Source: Cyanophora paradoxa CCMP329 (taxonomy: Eukaryota; Plantae; Glaucophyta). Taken from it: DNA of 64,000 nt. Below the pieces are notes generated by a model. That model was not told the origin of the DNA, did not search any database, and saw only the letters and a list, made by a program, of their open reading frames with translations. Every line of letters starts with the position of its first letter. The stretch's first letter is position 1. Shown here in pieces: positions 12,730-24,617 of the stretch. The stretch is from assembly GCA_004431415.1 (NCBI GenBank), contig QPMI01000003.1, positions 168,791-232,790 of the forward strand. The letters run 5' to 3'. A program made the position numbers and the translations under genes.

Positions 12730-15100
12730 CTACGCGGGGCGGCGCTTGCGTTCGCCGGGCTTGCCAGGGAGCAGCCGCGAGCCGTCCCAGAAGAAGTACT
12801 CCTGCGGAGTCTGTCCGATGTGCACCGCGCACCTGCCGTCCAGGGTTAACGTTTGATGTGTGTGTGCCAGAGGGCGGGCGGATCGGACCAGCACGGGGTG
12901 ACGGGGGAGAGCTTGAGGCCGGACGGCTTCAGGCGGGGGCACCCCTGCGCACTGCTCGGGGCGCTCAGAGGGCGAGAGGGGAGAAAGAGAAGGGGCGGAA
13001 AGGGGGTACTGGATCTTGATCAGGTCGGGGCTGGCCGCGCTGATCGACTGGACGTCCACATCCGCGAGATCGATCCGCTGGGGGTACGTCAGAGGCGAAG
13101 CGGAGAGGGGTACAGGGCCCAGGGCGGCGCACGCGCAGGCGGGGGAGGCAGGTGAGATCCATGTCGCGCGGCCCCGGCATCCCGCCGTACTGCGCGCCCG
13201 CGGGTCATGGGGGGGTACCGGTGGCGATCGCGAGGGGGGCGCGGCGCACGCAGAGGGTCTCGAGGCGGGGGGCGCCGCGGAGGGCGGCGGGGACGGCGGC
13301 GGCGATGCGGGGGAGGTTCTCGAGGGTGAGCTCCCGCAGCAGCGGCGCCTGCAGCGCGAAGCTGGCCGCGCTCTCCACGTGCCGCACGGCGAGCTCCCTG
13401 CGCCGCCGCTCGAGGAAAGGCGAGGGGCCGGGGCGGGGGCGGCGGGTCCGGGGCGGGCCTGAGGCGCGGGGCGGCGACGTGGAGGGCGCGGAGCGGGGCG
13501 CGGGGGGCGGAGGCGGGCCCCGCGTAGCCGGCCGGCATCCCCGAGAGCTCGAGGCGCTCCAGCAGCGGGCTCCGCCTGCAGAGCGCCGCGAGCCACGCGT
13601 CCGTCAGCACCGACGCCGCCACCAGCACCGCCGCCTGCGCCGCGGCGGGCGGGCGCCGCTCAGCGCCGCGTCGGGCGGGCCGGCGCGGGGCGGCGGGCGG
13701 GCGGGGAGCGGGCCTCGCGGAGGGACGGGGCGCGCAGGTCGACGTCGGCGTCGGCGCCCCACGGGCCGAACTCGAACTCCTCCAGCCTGCCGCGGCCGCC
13801 GAGTCAGCGGCCGGGCGGCCGGCGAGGGGGGCTCCACGGCGGGCGCCGGCGGGCGGACTTGGGGGCGTCGAGGAGGAGGGTGGAGCGGTGGCGGCAGCGC
13901 ATGCGGACGAGCGGCGGCGTGGTCTCGCTGGAGAGCCGCAGCGAGCGGCACGCCGGCAGCGGCAGCGGCAGCCGCTCGTCGGGGCCCCCGTCCGGCTTGA
14001 TCCTGCGCCCCCGGCCCGAGTGGGCCGCCGCAGAACGCTGCGGCGCGGCGGCGCGCGGGCGCGCGTATGCGCACATTATGCAGAGCGTCTCGAGGTTGAC
14101 GCAGGCGGCGAAGGGGGCCAGCATCGCCGCGGATGGGCCCCACTCCGGCATCTGCGGGCAGAGTTAGGGTCAGGCGCCGCCCGCGGTGGCCGGGCGGCCC
14201 CGCACGGTGATGTGGAGGTGCCTCAGAGCGGGCCCGAAGACCCCGGCGAGGTCCGTCTTGAAGAGCAGCACGCGGCCCGTGCGGACCGCTGCGGCCGCCT
14301 CAGCGGGCAGCGGGCAGCGGGGAGGGGGGCGGGGGGGTGGAGGAAGGCGGGGCGCGCTGGAGCAGAAGCCGTTGAGGTCGGGGCAGTGGACGGGGGCGGA
14401 GGGGGTGCTGAAGCTGCGGAGGGCGGGGCAGCCGGGGGCCCGCACGCGCAGCGCGGGGGCGGGGATCATGCTCTTCCACATGTCCTCCTGCAACTCCCAC
14501 TCGAACCACTCGTCCTGCGGGGGGGCCGGGGCGCGCTCTCGTCAGACCCCGCCGGCACGGAGGAGCCGAGGGAGAGAGCGCGCCTCCTCGAACGCGTCCT
14601 CCGTCTCCTCGTACTCCTCCTCGAAGTCGTCGCTCGCGTCCCAGTCCCCCCCGTCCCTCGGCGCCCCAGGCCAGCCGGCCGCCCTGCCGCCCCCGGCCGC
14701 CCGATCGACGCGGCGGGCGGGCGAGCTCGGCGGGGGGCGCACCCGCGGTCCGGGGCGCGGGGGCGGCGGCCGGCGAGCCAGATGCGCGGGCTGTCGAGGC
14801 GGACGCAGGCGCCGCGGCGCATGACCGTCGAGGCGCCCCTGCGCCGCCTCCGTCAGGCGGGCCGAGCAGCACCGCGCCGCACCGCAGGGCGGGGCGGGGC
14901 GGGGCGGGGCGGACCAGGGGCGGGGGGCCTGCAGGCCGTCGCAAGTCCAGATGTTGACGGAGAGGCCCTCGAGGCGCGGGCAGTCGCGGACGGTCAGGCT
15001 CTGCCCCGGCTGCGGGGAGCCCCACATCTCGTCGTCCTCCGCCTGGTTGCGCTGCCAACCAGCCGCAGCCTGCGCGCCCGCCGCCGTCGACACGAGAGCT

Positions 15101-15137
<37 letters not shown>

Positions 15138-16963
15138 ACCGCTCGATGGTGGGGGATCCCTCGATGAGGGTGACGGGGGCGGGCGTCCCGGCCGGCGGGA
15201 ACTCGCCGCCGGGCAGCTCCCACCGCACGGCGAGCGCCCGCAGGCCGCGCGTCGGCGCGTGCTTCACCGCCTTATCGCTGCCCGTGGAGACCGCGGCGTC
15301 GCCCAGCAGCGCCGAGAGCGCGAAGGCGTCCGCGGGGGGCGCCGCCGCCGCCACCGCGAGCGACTCGAGGCGGGGGAGCGCCTCGAGCAGCGCCGCCGCC
15401 TTGGGCCCGTTCAGCACGGGCCGCTTCGACTCCTCGTCGTCCTCGTCGTACGAGCCCCGCACGTCCAGCGCCAGCCTGCCGCCGCCGTCAGTTGCAAGCG
15501 CACAGCGAGAGATGCAAGAGGGCTGCGCGGGGCGCGCGCCGGACGAGGAACTTGCAGCGGGCGGTGATGCTCTGGAGCAGGGCGGCGTGCGGGCTCATCG
15601 CCGTGATCGCCAGGCCCCTCAGCGCCGGGTACTCCCGCGGGGCATCCGCGGCGCTGCCGGCGGGCCGGGTCAGAGGCGCCGGGGTCGGGGCGGGGCGCGG
15701 AGGCCGCGGCCACGGGGCGAACCGGGCGGGCGCGCCCTTCTTCTCGGGCGCGGGATCGAGCATCGGGTTGGGCACGCCGAAGAGGGCCTCGGCCACGCCG
15801 CTGCCCACGTCCAGGTTTCCAACGACGAGGTTCCGCAGGCCCTGCCGGCCCCGCGGCGGCGTCGGAGGGCGCGGGCGACACGCGCGCGCGGCGGCGCGGC
15901 GGCGCGCGCGCACCGGAGCGACGCGGGCAATGGCCACCGGGAGCGCGGCGGCGTCGCCCGTGGGGCGAGCCTCGACGCAGAGGGCGCGCAGCGGGGCGCC
16001 GCGCGTGGCCACGCCGGCGAGGAGCGCCGCCGCCGACGCCGCGCGGATCCCGACTGCGCCCTCCCTCGGCCCGCGCCCCTCCTGCTCCGCCGCGTGCATG
16101 TGGAACTCGTTCGACTCCAGAAGCTGGCCGGAAAGACTCGTGAGAGGGCTGCAGCGGCTCGATGGAGCCTTGGGCGGGGGAAGCGGTGGCGCACCTCGAG
16201 GCGGCGGAGGCGGGAGCCCCAGGTGCGGCCCTGGAGGACGGCCTGCGCCACCGTCACCGCGCGGCCTTGGGCCATCAGCGTGCCGAACTGCGAGGCGAGG
16301 ACGGCCTCCACGTGCGACTCGCCGATCGCCACCAGCTCCTCGGGGCCCTCCGGGCAGCCGCGGGTGAACGCCATCGTCCAGATCCCGGCTTTCGCCGCGT
16401 TCAGCTGCACCAGAGCGTTCGAGTCGAACTGCACCCTGCGCGAGGGACGACTGTGAGATCTAGAGCCAGCGGGGGCCGGCGTACGTGAACGTCCAAGCGC
16501 GTCAAAGCAAATGGAGCACCGATAAAGACGCTTGCAGGACGCGGCGAGGCCGAAGCGGGACTGCGCGTCGCCCAGCCTGCAAGCAGAACGTCGGCGCCGG
16601 CGCGTGTATATGACGCATGCACGCGGCGCACCGATCGAAGATCGAAGCAAGGATCGCGTCAGGGAGCGTCAGGATGAAGTCGCATCCCTCCTTGATGCCG
16701 CCGATCTCAGCAGAGCTCGAGTCGCCATCGACGGCCGCGGGACTCGCGGCGGGGACTTGCTGTTCGCATATCGCCCCCTCTAGATCTGATCGCTGAGGAG
16801 ATTTCGCGGAAGCGGACGTGGACGCGGGATCGGCCGGCGCCGGCGCGTGGTCGCCATGTGCTGTCGGAGGCCGCTGCGCGCTTCCGACTGGTGACGATCC
16901 ATCTGAGGATGCGGGCGCCTTCGATTTGGACGCCGGCTTGGTGTTCAGGAAGCCCTTCCGCAT
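12730..16963 (-). CDS. Multi-exon host F-box/LRR-like protein
   Basis: ATG at 16963. F-box-like ILTLPDAILASIFDR|LGDAQSRFGLAASCKRLYR is joined across a GT-AG intron (16577-16631). Downstream LxxLxL repeats (LRRLEV, LERLELSG, LRELTLENLP, LETLCV). Very GC-rich; internal exon boundaries not fully resolved. Confidence 0.7.
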
Positions 16964-17186
16964 CGCAGGTCGAAGAGACCGTACCCCAAAACTTCAGCTG
17001 AGTCGAGCGGGACCTGTACCCAAACGCGTCCGGCTCGGTCGCCGGACGGCGGTCGCAGGAGCGCATAGCTGGCACACACACTCGGTCGACGCCGGGAGAA
17101 GGTTGGAGCCGCCCGCGAGCTGCAGCCTCCCCTGCAACGCGTCTGGCCCATGCCAGCGCGCGCAGCCTGCAGCTGGGCGAAGCGCG

Positions 17187-18519
17187 ATGCGGCACCAACA
17201 AGAGCGAGCTTCGGCTCCTACAACCAGCGGGGAGATTTACTACCTCGTCCCCAGTCGGCGGGAGGCGAACGCCGCCGAGGCGCCGACCGCGGCCGCGGCC
17301 GCGGCCGATGACCACGACGCGAGCGTTCGCGTGGGCATCGAGGCGGTCTGCTTCGAGCTCTGCGGCTTCCTGAAGGATGCTCTCGCAGCGGACAACATCC
17401 ACAAGCCCCGCGCGCGAAGGTCCGCTTGCGCATGCATATATATGCTCGCGCTGTGCGAATTCGCGCGCGCCAAGCTCGCTGACCGCGGCCGGACGCGCAG
17501 ACCAGCCGCCTCTCCCCGTCGACAGGCGCTTTGCAAGCCGAGAAGCGGTGCTGCGGATCTCGGGTCTGTGCTCGCTGATCGCGGGCGTCGGCGCGGAGGC
17601 GGAGCTGGGCGCGCGGCTCGGCGCGCTCTCCGACGACGAGCTGTGGGAGACGGTGATGGCGGCGGAGTACCTGCAGTGCGCGCCGGTCTCGGAGCGCCTG
17701 CGGGCGCTCGCGCGGGCGCGCGTCTGGCGGGGCGCCGGCGACGACGTGCGGGCGCTCGCCGCGGCGGGCGTCGCGGCGCCGGCGCCGGGGCGGCGCGGGG
17801 GAGCTCTTCGGGCGGCTCGCCGGCTTCGTGCAGGCGCTCGCCGGCCTCATCCCCGCCGGCCTCCGCCCGGAGGACGTGCGCGCCCTGCAGCCCTCCGTCG
17901 CCTACCACGTGCGCCCCCGCGCCCCGCGCCCCGCGCTGCCCCCGCGGGCCCTTTTGACCCCTCGTCGCAGTGGGCATACGAGCTGTGCGCTGCTGCAGGG
18001 GGCGAGGGGAGGGAGAACAGGCGCGTCCCAGCGAGCCCTCGCATTTTCTTGTCGGCCGCGGCCGCCCGCGCGGTTGACGACCCCTGCAGCGAGAAGGCTT
18101 ACGACCTCGCCGTCGCCGGCTTCGTGCGCGCCCGCTGGCCTCCCTGCGAGCCGCGAGCCGCGCGAGCCGACCGATCGGGCGCAGCGCGTGGCGGCGCGGG
18201 CGTACGAAGCGTACCCGGAGGCAGCGCGCCGCGTCATCGCTGAGCGCTCGGCCACCCTCCCGACCTCCCTCCTCGAGGGTGCGCCCGCGCGGGCGCCGCA
18301 CGCCCCCGCCGGGTGGGCGGGGCGAGTAACGGGCGGGCGGCAGATGTGCTGGGCGTGCCGTGCGGCGGGGGGCCGCTGGAGGAGGCGGCGGGGGCGCTGG
18401 CGGCGGTGCGGGCGCCCTACGCCGCCTTCACAGGCGTCGTCCTCCGAGTCTTCCGCTACCTCGTGCGTCGCGCCGCGGGCCGGGGCTGCGCGGGTGTGGC
18501 CCCGCTCGCTTGGGGGTAG
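17187..18519 (+). CDS. Multi-exon host BTB/POZ- or Skp1-like protein, possibly truncated at the viral junction
   Basis: VRVGIEAVCFELCGFLKDAL and ALSDDELWETVMAAEYLQCAPVSERL resemble BTB/Skp1-fold helices; intron-like segments present; the last frame stops at a TAG inside the putative viral terminus. Confidence 0.5.
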
Positions 18520-18871
18520 CCCCCACCAATTGCGCGACCTTCCCGCGACCATTTTCAATAAGCACATTTTCAGCATCACGAATCTCAGTCACAAAATCAC
18601 AAATTCGCACTGAGCCACACTGTATTTTTCAGACTTCTAACCTCTCCTTACTGAAACCAATCACGAAACCCTTTAATTCTCCACTTTTCTAATTCCTTAC
18701 CATTCCCAGTAAGCCCTTTAACTTTCCCCCGATCTCTCAGTAAGGACAGTAAGACCCTCATTTTTACGAAATGTTCCCGATCGTTTCCGGACTGTTTTCA
18801 GTTAGCCAAATTGAAAAATCCAGGTAAACCCCACCAAATAAACAGGTGATCCCCACTTAAAGATATCCCGA

Positions 18872-19210
18872 ATGTATAATGTAACAATGGCAAGCAATCA
18901 AGTAAATCTACCTGAGAGTAAGCGGTGCAATGTTTGCGATAAGGTAAAACCGGCATCGAGTTATGCATTGCAAAAGCGTAGCTCAGGGAATGTACTTTTG
19001 AATTGGAGGTGCAAAGTTTGCGACCGAGACTATCACAATTACCTTTATCATTTCGTGTTAAAAACGCGTCCGAAGATCGAAGTACAATCGAAGATATGCT
19101 CGCACTGCAAGATTGAGAAGCCTGCAAGCGAGTATAATAAAAAACAAAGCACAAAGGATGGTCTCTACTATCAATGCCGAGAATGTTATAGTAAAACTCG
19201 TAAGAGTTAA
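18872..19210 (+). CDS. Small protein with two CxxC...CxxC zinc-ribbon repeats
   Basis: KRCNVCDKVKP...CKVC and KICSHCKIEKP...DGLYYQCREC, a module often seen N-terminal to phage/viral HNH nucleases. Confidence 0.75.
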   Translation: MYNVTMASNQVNLPESKRCNVCDKVKPASSYALQKRSSGNVLLNWRCKVCDRDYHNYLYHFVLKTRPKIEVQSKICSHCKIEKPASEYNKKQSTKDGLYYQCRECYSKTRKS

Positions 19211-19440
19211 AACCGAATTTCATTTTATATTTTTTAAAGCGAGTGTGTGCTGCCAAAAATGCCCACCTGCACACACTTGCGACTTCAATCGAAATGTACG
19301 ATTAGCATATTTACGACGAAGTACGACGATAGACCACGTTAAAATAAACTCGCGCCCCGCCCACTATGCAAGATACATGCCTTTCTTATGCATGATCTAT
19401 GAAAAATAACAATAAACCCATCTCTCATTCTTCGAATTCT

Positions 19441-19704
19441 TTACATAGGAGCACTCACAGGAATTTCGCTTGCCTTTCGAACAGTCCCCCTTGCAAACGC
19501 TTGCTCTACAATCGCTTCCTTTGTGAGTGGAATCGGAATTCCAGCACCAATACACGATTTAACTTCTTTGTCCACAATCTCATCAATCGCGATTCTCGCC
19601 CTATTATGAGCAGCATTATCGATCCAATCCTGAACAGAGTAGGCACAGTATTCCATTCCCAGCTTTTCAGTATCAGTTAGAACCACTTGGTAGAGGTTCG
19701 ACAT
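19441..19704 (-). CDS. Conserved small fibre-associated hypothetical protein (87 aa)
   Basis: Nearly identical N-terminus to the paralog at 60245-60508 (YQVVLTDTEKLGMEYCA.SVQDWIDNAAHNRAR); lies directly downstream of a C1q-domain fibre gene in both elements. Confidence 0.8.
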   Translation of the reverse strand: MSNLYQVVLTDTEKLGMEYCAYSVQDWIDNAAHNRARIAIDEIVDKEVKSCIGAGIPIPLTKEAIVEQAFARGTVRKASEIPVSAPM

Positions 19705-19712
19705 TCTTTTAC

Positions 19713-20747
19713 TTATAATGCCGAAATTAATTCACCAGTCCAGAATGTATGTGCATTTTCACTTCCAATCAATGAACCACCTTCGAGATATAGTCTCACA
19801 GTATCACCCGCAGATAAGTTGATTAACATTGTTTGGTTGATAGATCTATATGCATTTACTCCCACTGAACCTACAATTGCAGTATTTTTAACAGATATTG
19901 GATTCGCATTATTTACTTTTATCGAAACTGACACAGATTCTGTGGAAGCTCCTGTTGTTCCATTCAGAAGGAATCTATAACAACCTGTAACAGGTGCTGT
20001 AAATACTCCGGATCCTGAATTAAAATGGTTGCCATTGTTTAGAAAAACATGACCCCAAGAAACATCCCCAACCGTGCTTTTAATTGAATTAAGTGCCGCA
20101 AAAAATCGAGGATGGTTTGGAGTCCCAAGATAAGAGTTTGTTCCATTAATAGATAAACCGTTCCAAGTGTAAGTTCCTGCAACTGCTCCGGATGTTGAAT
20201 TAGTTGTAGTGGCTGTAAATGTAGAAGCAATCTTTGCCCCACCTCTCTTGATCTCAAAATTGTCATTTGCACCCACGGTATCAATTGCATTTGTTTTGAT
20301 ACCACCACTTGCTGTTAGGAGCCCAGTAAACCCACCTGTTGTCCCACTCACAGCCCCGGAATAATTGGTAGCTGTCACAGTCCCATTAACTGATAGTCCA
20401 GTCCCAATCCATGCCCCGCCACTGTAAACTTGAAATGCCGCCGAATTCCTATCAGCCGGATTAAAAGCCGTTTTGGAATCCTGTTGACCTTCATATAGAT
20501 TTTCTTTGGTGACCAGCCCCGAAGATATTGCGGGTCGATTAGATACGATCATTTGAGTAGCTTTAACGAGTCCATCAATCTTGTCGGCTCTGAGTTCTTT
20601 GACTCTGAGTATGCTTTGGTCATTAAAAGAATCGGTTTTCGCTGTCTCAGTCGAAGGGTGGCTCGGAGATAAATCATAGACTGTGTGTTGGACATTATGG
20701 ACAGCACTGGCTGATAAGGAAAACACAGGCGTGAATACAGTCGACAT
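19713..20747 (-). CDS. Fibre/spike protein with C-terminal C1q-like domain
   Basis: N-terminal LRVKELRADK...GGAWIG module, G/T-rich shaft, C1q-type head (PRFFA...NNGNHFNSGSGVFTAPVTGCYRF...LINLSAGDTV...FWTGELI). Confidence 0.8.
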   Translation of the reverse strand: MSTVFTPVFSLSASAVHNVQHTVYDLSPSHPSTETAKTDSFNDQSILRVKELRADKIDGLVKATQMIVSNRPAISSGLVTKENLYEGQQDSKTAFNPADRNSAAFQVYSGGAWIGTGLSVNGTVTATNYSGAVSGTTGGFTGLLTASGGIKTNAIDTVGANDNFEIKRGGAKIASTFTATTTNSTSGAVAGTYTWNGLSINGTNSYLGTPNHPRFFAALNSIKSTVGDVSWGHVFLNNGNHFNSGSGVFTAPVTGCYRFLLNGTTGASTESVSVSIKVNNANPISVKNTAIVGSVGVNAYRSINQTMLINLSAGDTVRLYLEGGSLIGSENAHTFWTGELISAL

Positions 20748-21079
20748 CTTTTGATTGTTCTTTACTTATTAAGCGAGAATATTATTGTTTTGGAGAGGTC
20801 CGACAGCAATCCAATGGAGTTTAAGGGTGCGATTAGCTGCTTCTACATTTGTGAAATTAGTTGATGCGAAAGTTGTGAATCTTACGATCCAGGTAAACTT
20901 AGTTTTTAAACCCACACGAGTATTATTAACATACTCAGGTCCTATATATACACAGTTAGTCATGTCCCAATTTACAGAGTTGAAGCTATTCTCAATAGAG
21001 GTAGTAATCACTGCATCACTATAAAATGGGGTAGAGAATACGACCGTTCCCGATAACTGAAAGGTTTCTCCTGCTGTGT

Positions 21080-21247
21080 TTTTTTTTTTTTTTGCAAAAG
21101 TGGACGTCGCATTGATACACCACGGCACATGTATCAATGTTCTACGTGACGTGCCCTTCCGACCGGTCATCTATCTAGCCGAGGGTGCTAGCTAGGTGCC
21201 GGCCATGGGTCGCTCAATATGGGAGGTTCGCCTGAGTGGGGGAGCCA
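21080..21247 (-). mobile_element. Short poly(A)-tailed retroposon (SINE or extreme 5'-truncated LINE)
   Basis: T-run at the left end (poly(A) on minus strand); flanked by a 22-bp TSD TGAAAGGTTTCTCCTGCTGTGT at 21058-21079 and 21248-21269; perfect 10-bp stem CATTGATACA/TGTATCAATG next to the tail. Confidence 0.88.
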
Positions 21248-21390
21248 TGAAAGGTTTCTCCTGCTGTGTATTGTCGATTTTCCAGGACTACATTCGCTGT
21301 CCCCTGTTGCACATATGCATTTGCATTTACATAACTACCGAAATTCGTGAGCAACTCTATGCTGTGATTGTGAGTGGGTGGCGAAGTAGG

Positions 21391-21545
21391 TGTGTTTATC
21401 AGATCATCATAATTTCCACTTGTAGCCACAGCATGTAGGTTTGGTGTGTTTATCAGATCATCATAATTTCCACTTGTAGCCACAGCATGTAGGTTTGGTG
21501 TGTTTATCAGATCATCATAATTTCCACTTGTGGCAACAGCATGCA
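21391..21545 (-). repeat. 54-bp coding tandem repeat (about 3 copies, LHAVATSGNYDDLINTPN)
   Basis: ggtgtgtttatcagatcatcataatttccacttgt recurs with 54-bp period. Confidence 0.9.
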
Positions 21546-22442
21546 AATTCGGCTTAGTAAATAACCTATCCCATGTCCCATTGAAAGGAAGTGTAGATTC
21601 TGATATAATTACACCTTGATCAATCCAACGAGGTATATAGCTTGTGAAATCGGGAGGATTTACAAGATCATAGTAATTTCCTGTGTATGCTACACTACTC
21701 CAAGTCGGCTTCTGAATGATATCACTCCACTTCCCACTAAATCCCGCCGGCACATCTGTAAGCTCTTTATAGCTCACCTTTTGTTTCGGTATAGACAGCT
21801 CGATTGGTGAGAATGCACCCGAAAGGCGATTTTCAGAGGTGAAATACATGAGACTTTGACTGTTAGGGAACTCATCCACGAGATTAAAGGTGAAATTCGT
21901 GGGTAATTCGAGGCGGCTGATTGGGGTGTTGTCGCCTAATATAAATTCGGCGCCTGTATGCACGACTGGGTTTCTTTGAATATACATATTTGATGCACCT
22001 ATTACAGGTGCTATTATGGGCACATCCGAATTAACGAGATTGCAAGTGATGGAGAAAATGGTTTTAGGGGCGAATAGATTGCAATCAAAGGTCACAGTAG
22101 CTGGATCAATAGTAGGATCGACGTTTGAACAGATCTGAAACATCCACCCACCCACACAGTTGCAATTTAGATTTCGAAAGGCTGTGCCTGCCATTGCATC
22201 CACATAGCCGATCCCATTCGCAATGTCATAGATGTGCCCAAACTCGTAACCAAAAATGTCATTCCATAGATTAGAAGCCATAGCTCCCATCACATAGCCT
22301 TTCATATTAACGATCAGATCATTGGATTCACTGGGTAGATCTTTATGGGTGATGTAGAATTGATTTTCCAATACAGCATTCTTTACTGTCGTTTCTACTA
22401 TGGGTTCCGTCATTATTTCTCTATTAAGGCATTCTACAAAAA

Positions 22443-24613
22443 TTAAGGTCGCATCGGGAGAAGCTCATATGTTCTGCCCTCTCGCTGTGCCATTTCCGCC
22501 ATAAAGTCTCTGTCATTATTCATCGTTTGCTCTGCCAATTCTTGTGCTCGTGATTTTTTGGGTGCTGCCCTATTTGCTGGTGGTCGGTCAGTCCTCACAA
22601 CACTTAGACCATTCCCCTCGGCTGATCGCACCTCTAAGCCCACATCTCCTTCGGCTGTTTGGGTCACATTCAGCTCAGGTGTTGAGTATTTATTACCTGC
22701 ACCTGCAATGACCCGATCACAACATGCACAACATAAAGCCCGAAATTTGTATGCAAGTATACCCCCGAATAAAGTAATAACAGGCACAACCACAGCAATA
22801 ACTATCAGTCCTGGATCGACACCACGACCCACGGGCTGGTTTGTAGGATTTGTGGGATTATTAGGTGTCGTGTTTGGATCTGGATCAGTTGTAGGGGGAT
22901 CTTTTGAATCGGGATCTGGGTTAGGCTGGTTCGGATTGGGATCGTTTGGTGGCGGCTCTGTCGACCCTGCTAATGAGGTTGGCGCTGTGTATGCATTCGC
23001 AAACACGATGGGAGCCGTCGCTGGATTTCCTGTGGAGGATCCTGAGATTGCACCATATTTATCTGCGAGATACTTGTATAATTCCTGTGTCACAGGCGGA
23101 TTGCTCACAGATCGACACACCCAAATATTGCACGTAGTGTCATAGACTGTGTCCCTGATAAAGGGCGGTAGAGCCGTCCCACTGAATGACTCAAAGAGTC
23201 CATTTCGCGATAGCAACCTATGTCCTGTATCACAATTTCCACCCTCAAAGTACTTCGAAGCCGAAATCGCACCTTGCACATAAATATTGCATGTCGAGTG
23301 CAATCCAATGTTATTTAGGTTAGGAGTGTATCTGTCATCGAGCCGGACAGTGCACACCCATGGGGAAGCGGTTTTTATATATTTCTTATCACCTGCTGTG
23401 ATGATATCAGTGTTTGGGTGGCTGTCAATTTGGGTAGCAATAGACTCATATTTGTAAGAGTAATAAACTAAGAGACCATCTGTGGAGGATGTAAAATAAA
23501 AGAAGTCTCTCATGAAGTCTGTGGATCCAAAGAAGTCAGCATTGGTCGATGTTAGGGTGACTTTGGGATAGCTCATGCTGACAGTCTCAGAAGGATATGG
23601 AATATAAGAGGTGTAATAGCGATTTAACAGATAATAGTAAAATCCATCTGAGACATTCGAATGAGTGGGCAAGGTGACTGTTAAGGTCTTACTGCGATCC
23701 TCAAACGTTTTATGTATGACAATGTTGCAAGTATTAATGTATCGAGAATCGAAAAAGTAATTATTTGTAACTCGATTATCGATCAGAGTAGCATTGGTTC
23801 CATTAAATACGAAGTTCTGCCCATTGATCCTCGTAGTATGAATGTCGGTAACATCGAGAGGATACCTTATTTTTAATCGGTCTTCGGGGTCAAATCGCGG
23901 AATAGTTCCTGTTGCCTTCCAACTCACAGTGAAGGGAGGATAAAACGACTCATATGGGATGACAGAAAGATTATATTTCGCGAAGTACAAACCAACAGGA
24001 TACGCTGACAGAGCATATGTGACAGTTGCATTTCCGACAAGTGTAAAGCCGGTGGTTGTTATGTTAGTTGCAACAAACGGGGAGTAGCCAGCTGGTGCAT
24101 TTTGAAGAGAGGTAGATGAGCCATCATTGACCACATAAAGATTCGGGTCTGTAATTTCAATGGTAGGAGGAGAGACAAATGGAGTCTCAAAAGTAAAGTT
24201 AAAGTTCGCTGGAACACCTGCAAGATACATATATGAGACCGATCCTATTTCGGATGCCTGGAATACTTTGCTTCCACTCCGCACTACATTACTTGTGTCT
24301 TTCACATTGTGGTATGATATGCTGGGAGTCGGGGAGAGCACCAACGAAATAGCATCTGGTAAATCAGACTTTGTTATATACAGCTCTTTAAGATACTCCT
24401 TTCTAAAAGGCGCGGTCAGATCTCCAATAGTAGCCGATGAACCTGCGACTACAATATTACAGGTGTTTGCACTCAAAGAATAAACTGTGTTCCACCTTAA
24501 AGAGTTCGCGCCAAGATCGAAATTCTGTGAGAAGGGCACGATATTGCTACCTTGTAAATCTCGGTAAACCTTTACTCTGGGTTCGCTATCGAATTCAGGG
24601 GTGATATAATTGA
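22443..24613 (-). pseudogene. 3' part of a large fibre/spike gene split by the Gypsy element; ends in a Pro/Asn/Thr stalk, a transmembrane helix and a Cys cluster
   Basis: Frame INYITPEFDSEPRVKVYRDLQGSNIVPFSQNFDLGANSLRW joins the 5' part across the TGGT TSD; GLIVIAVVVPVITLFGGILAY followed by KFRALCCACC. Confidence 0.85.
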
Positions 24614-24617
24614 TGGT

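Larger units (their letters stand above)
20769..22413 (-). pseudogene. Tail-fibre-like protein (484 aa restored) interrupted by a 168-bp retroposon
   Basis: ORF 21214-22413 reads ...YTAGETF and ORF 20769-21170 contains TAGETFQLSGTVVFSTPF. Removing 190 bp fuses them in frame. Contains LHAVATSGNYDDLINTP repeats and a lectin-like C-terminus (VFSTPF...LHWIAVG). Confidence 0.85.

Noticed and set aside
12730-18500. Many long overlapping Arg/Gly/Ala/Pro-rich ORFs on both strands
   Set aside because: Shadow frames caused by very high GC; only the spliced F-box and BTB-like frames show domain motifs.
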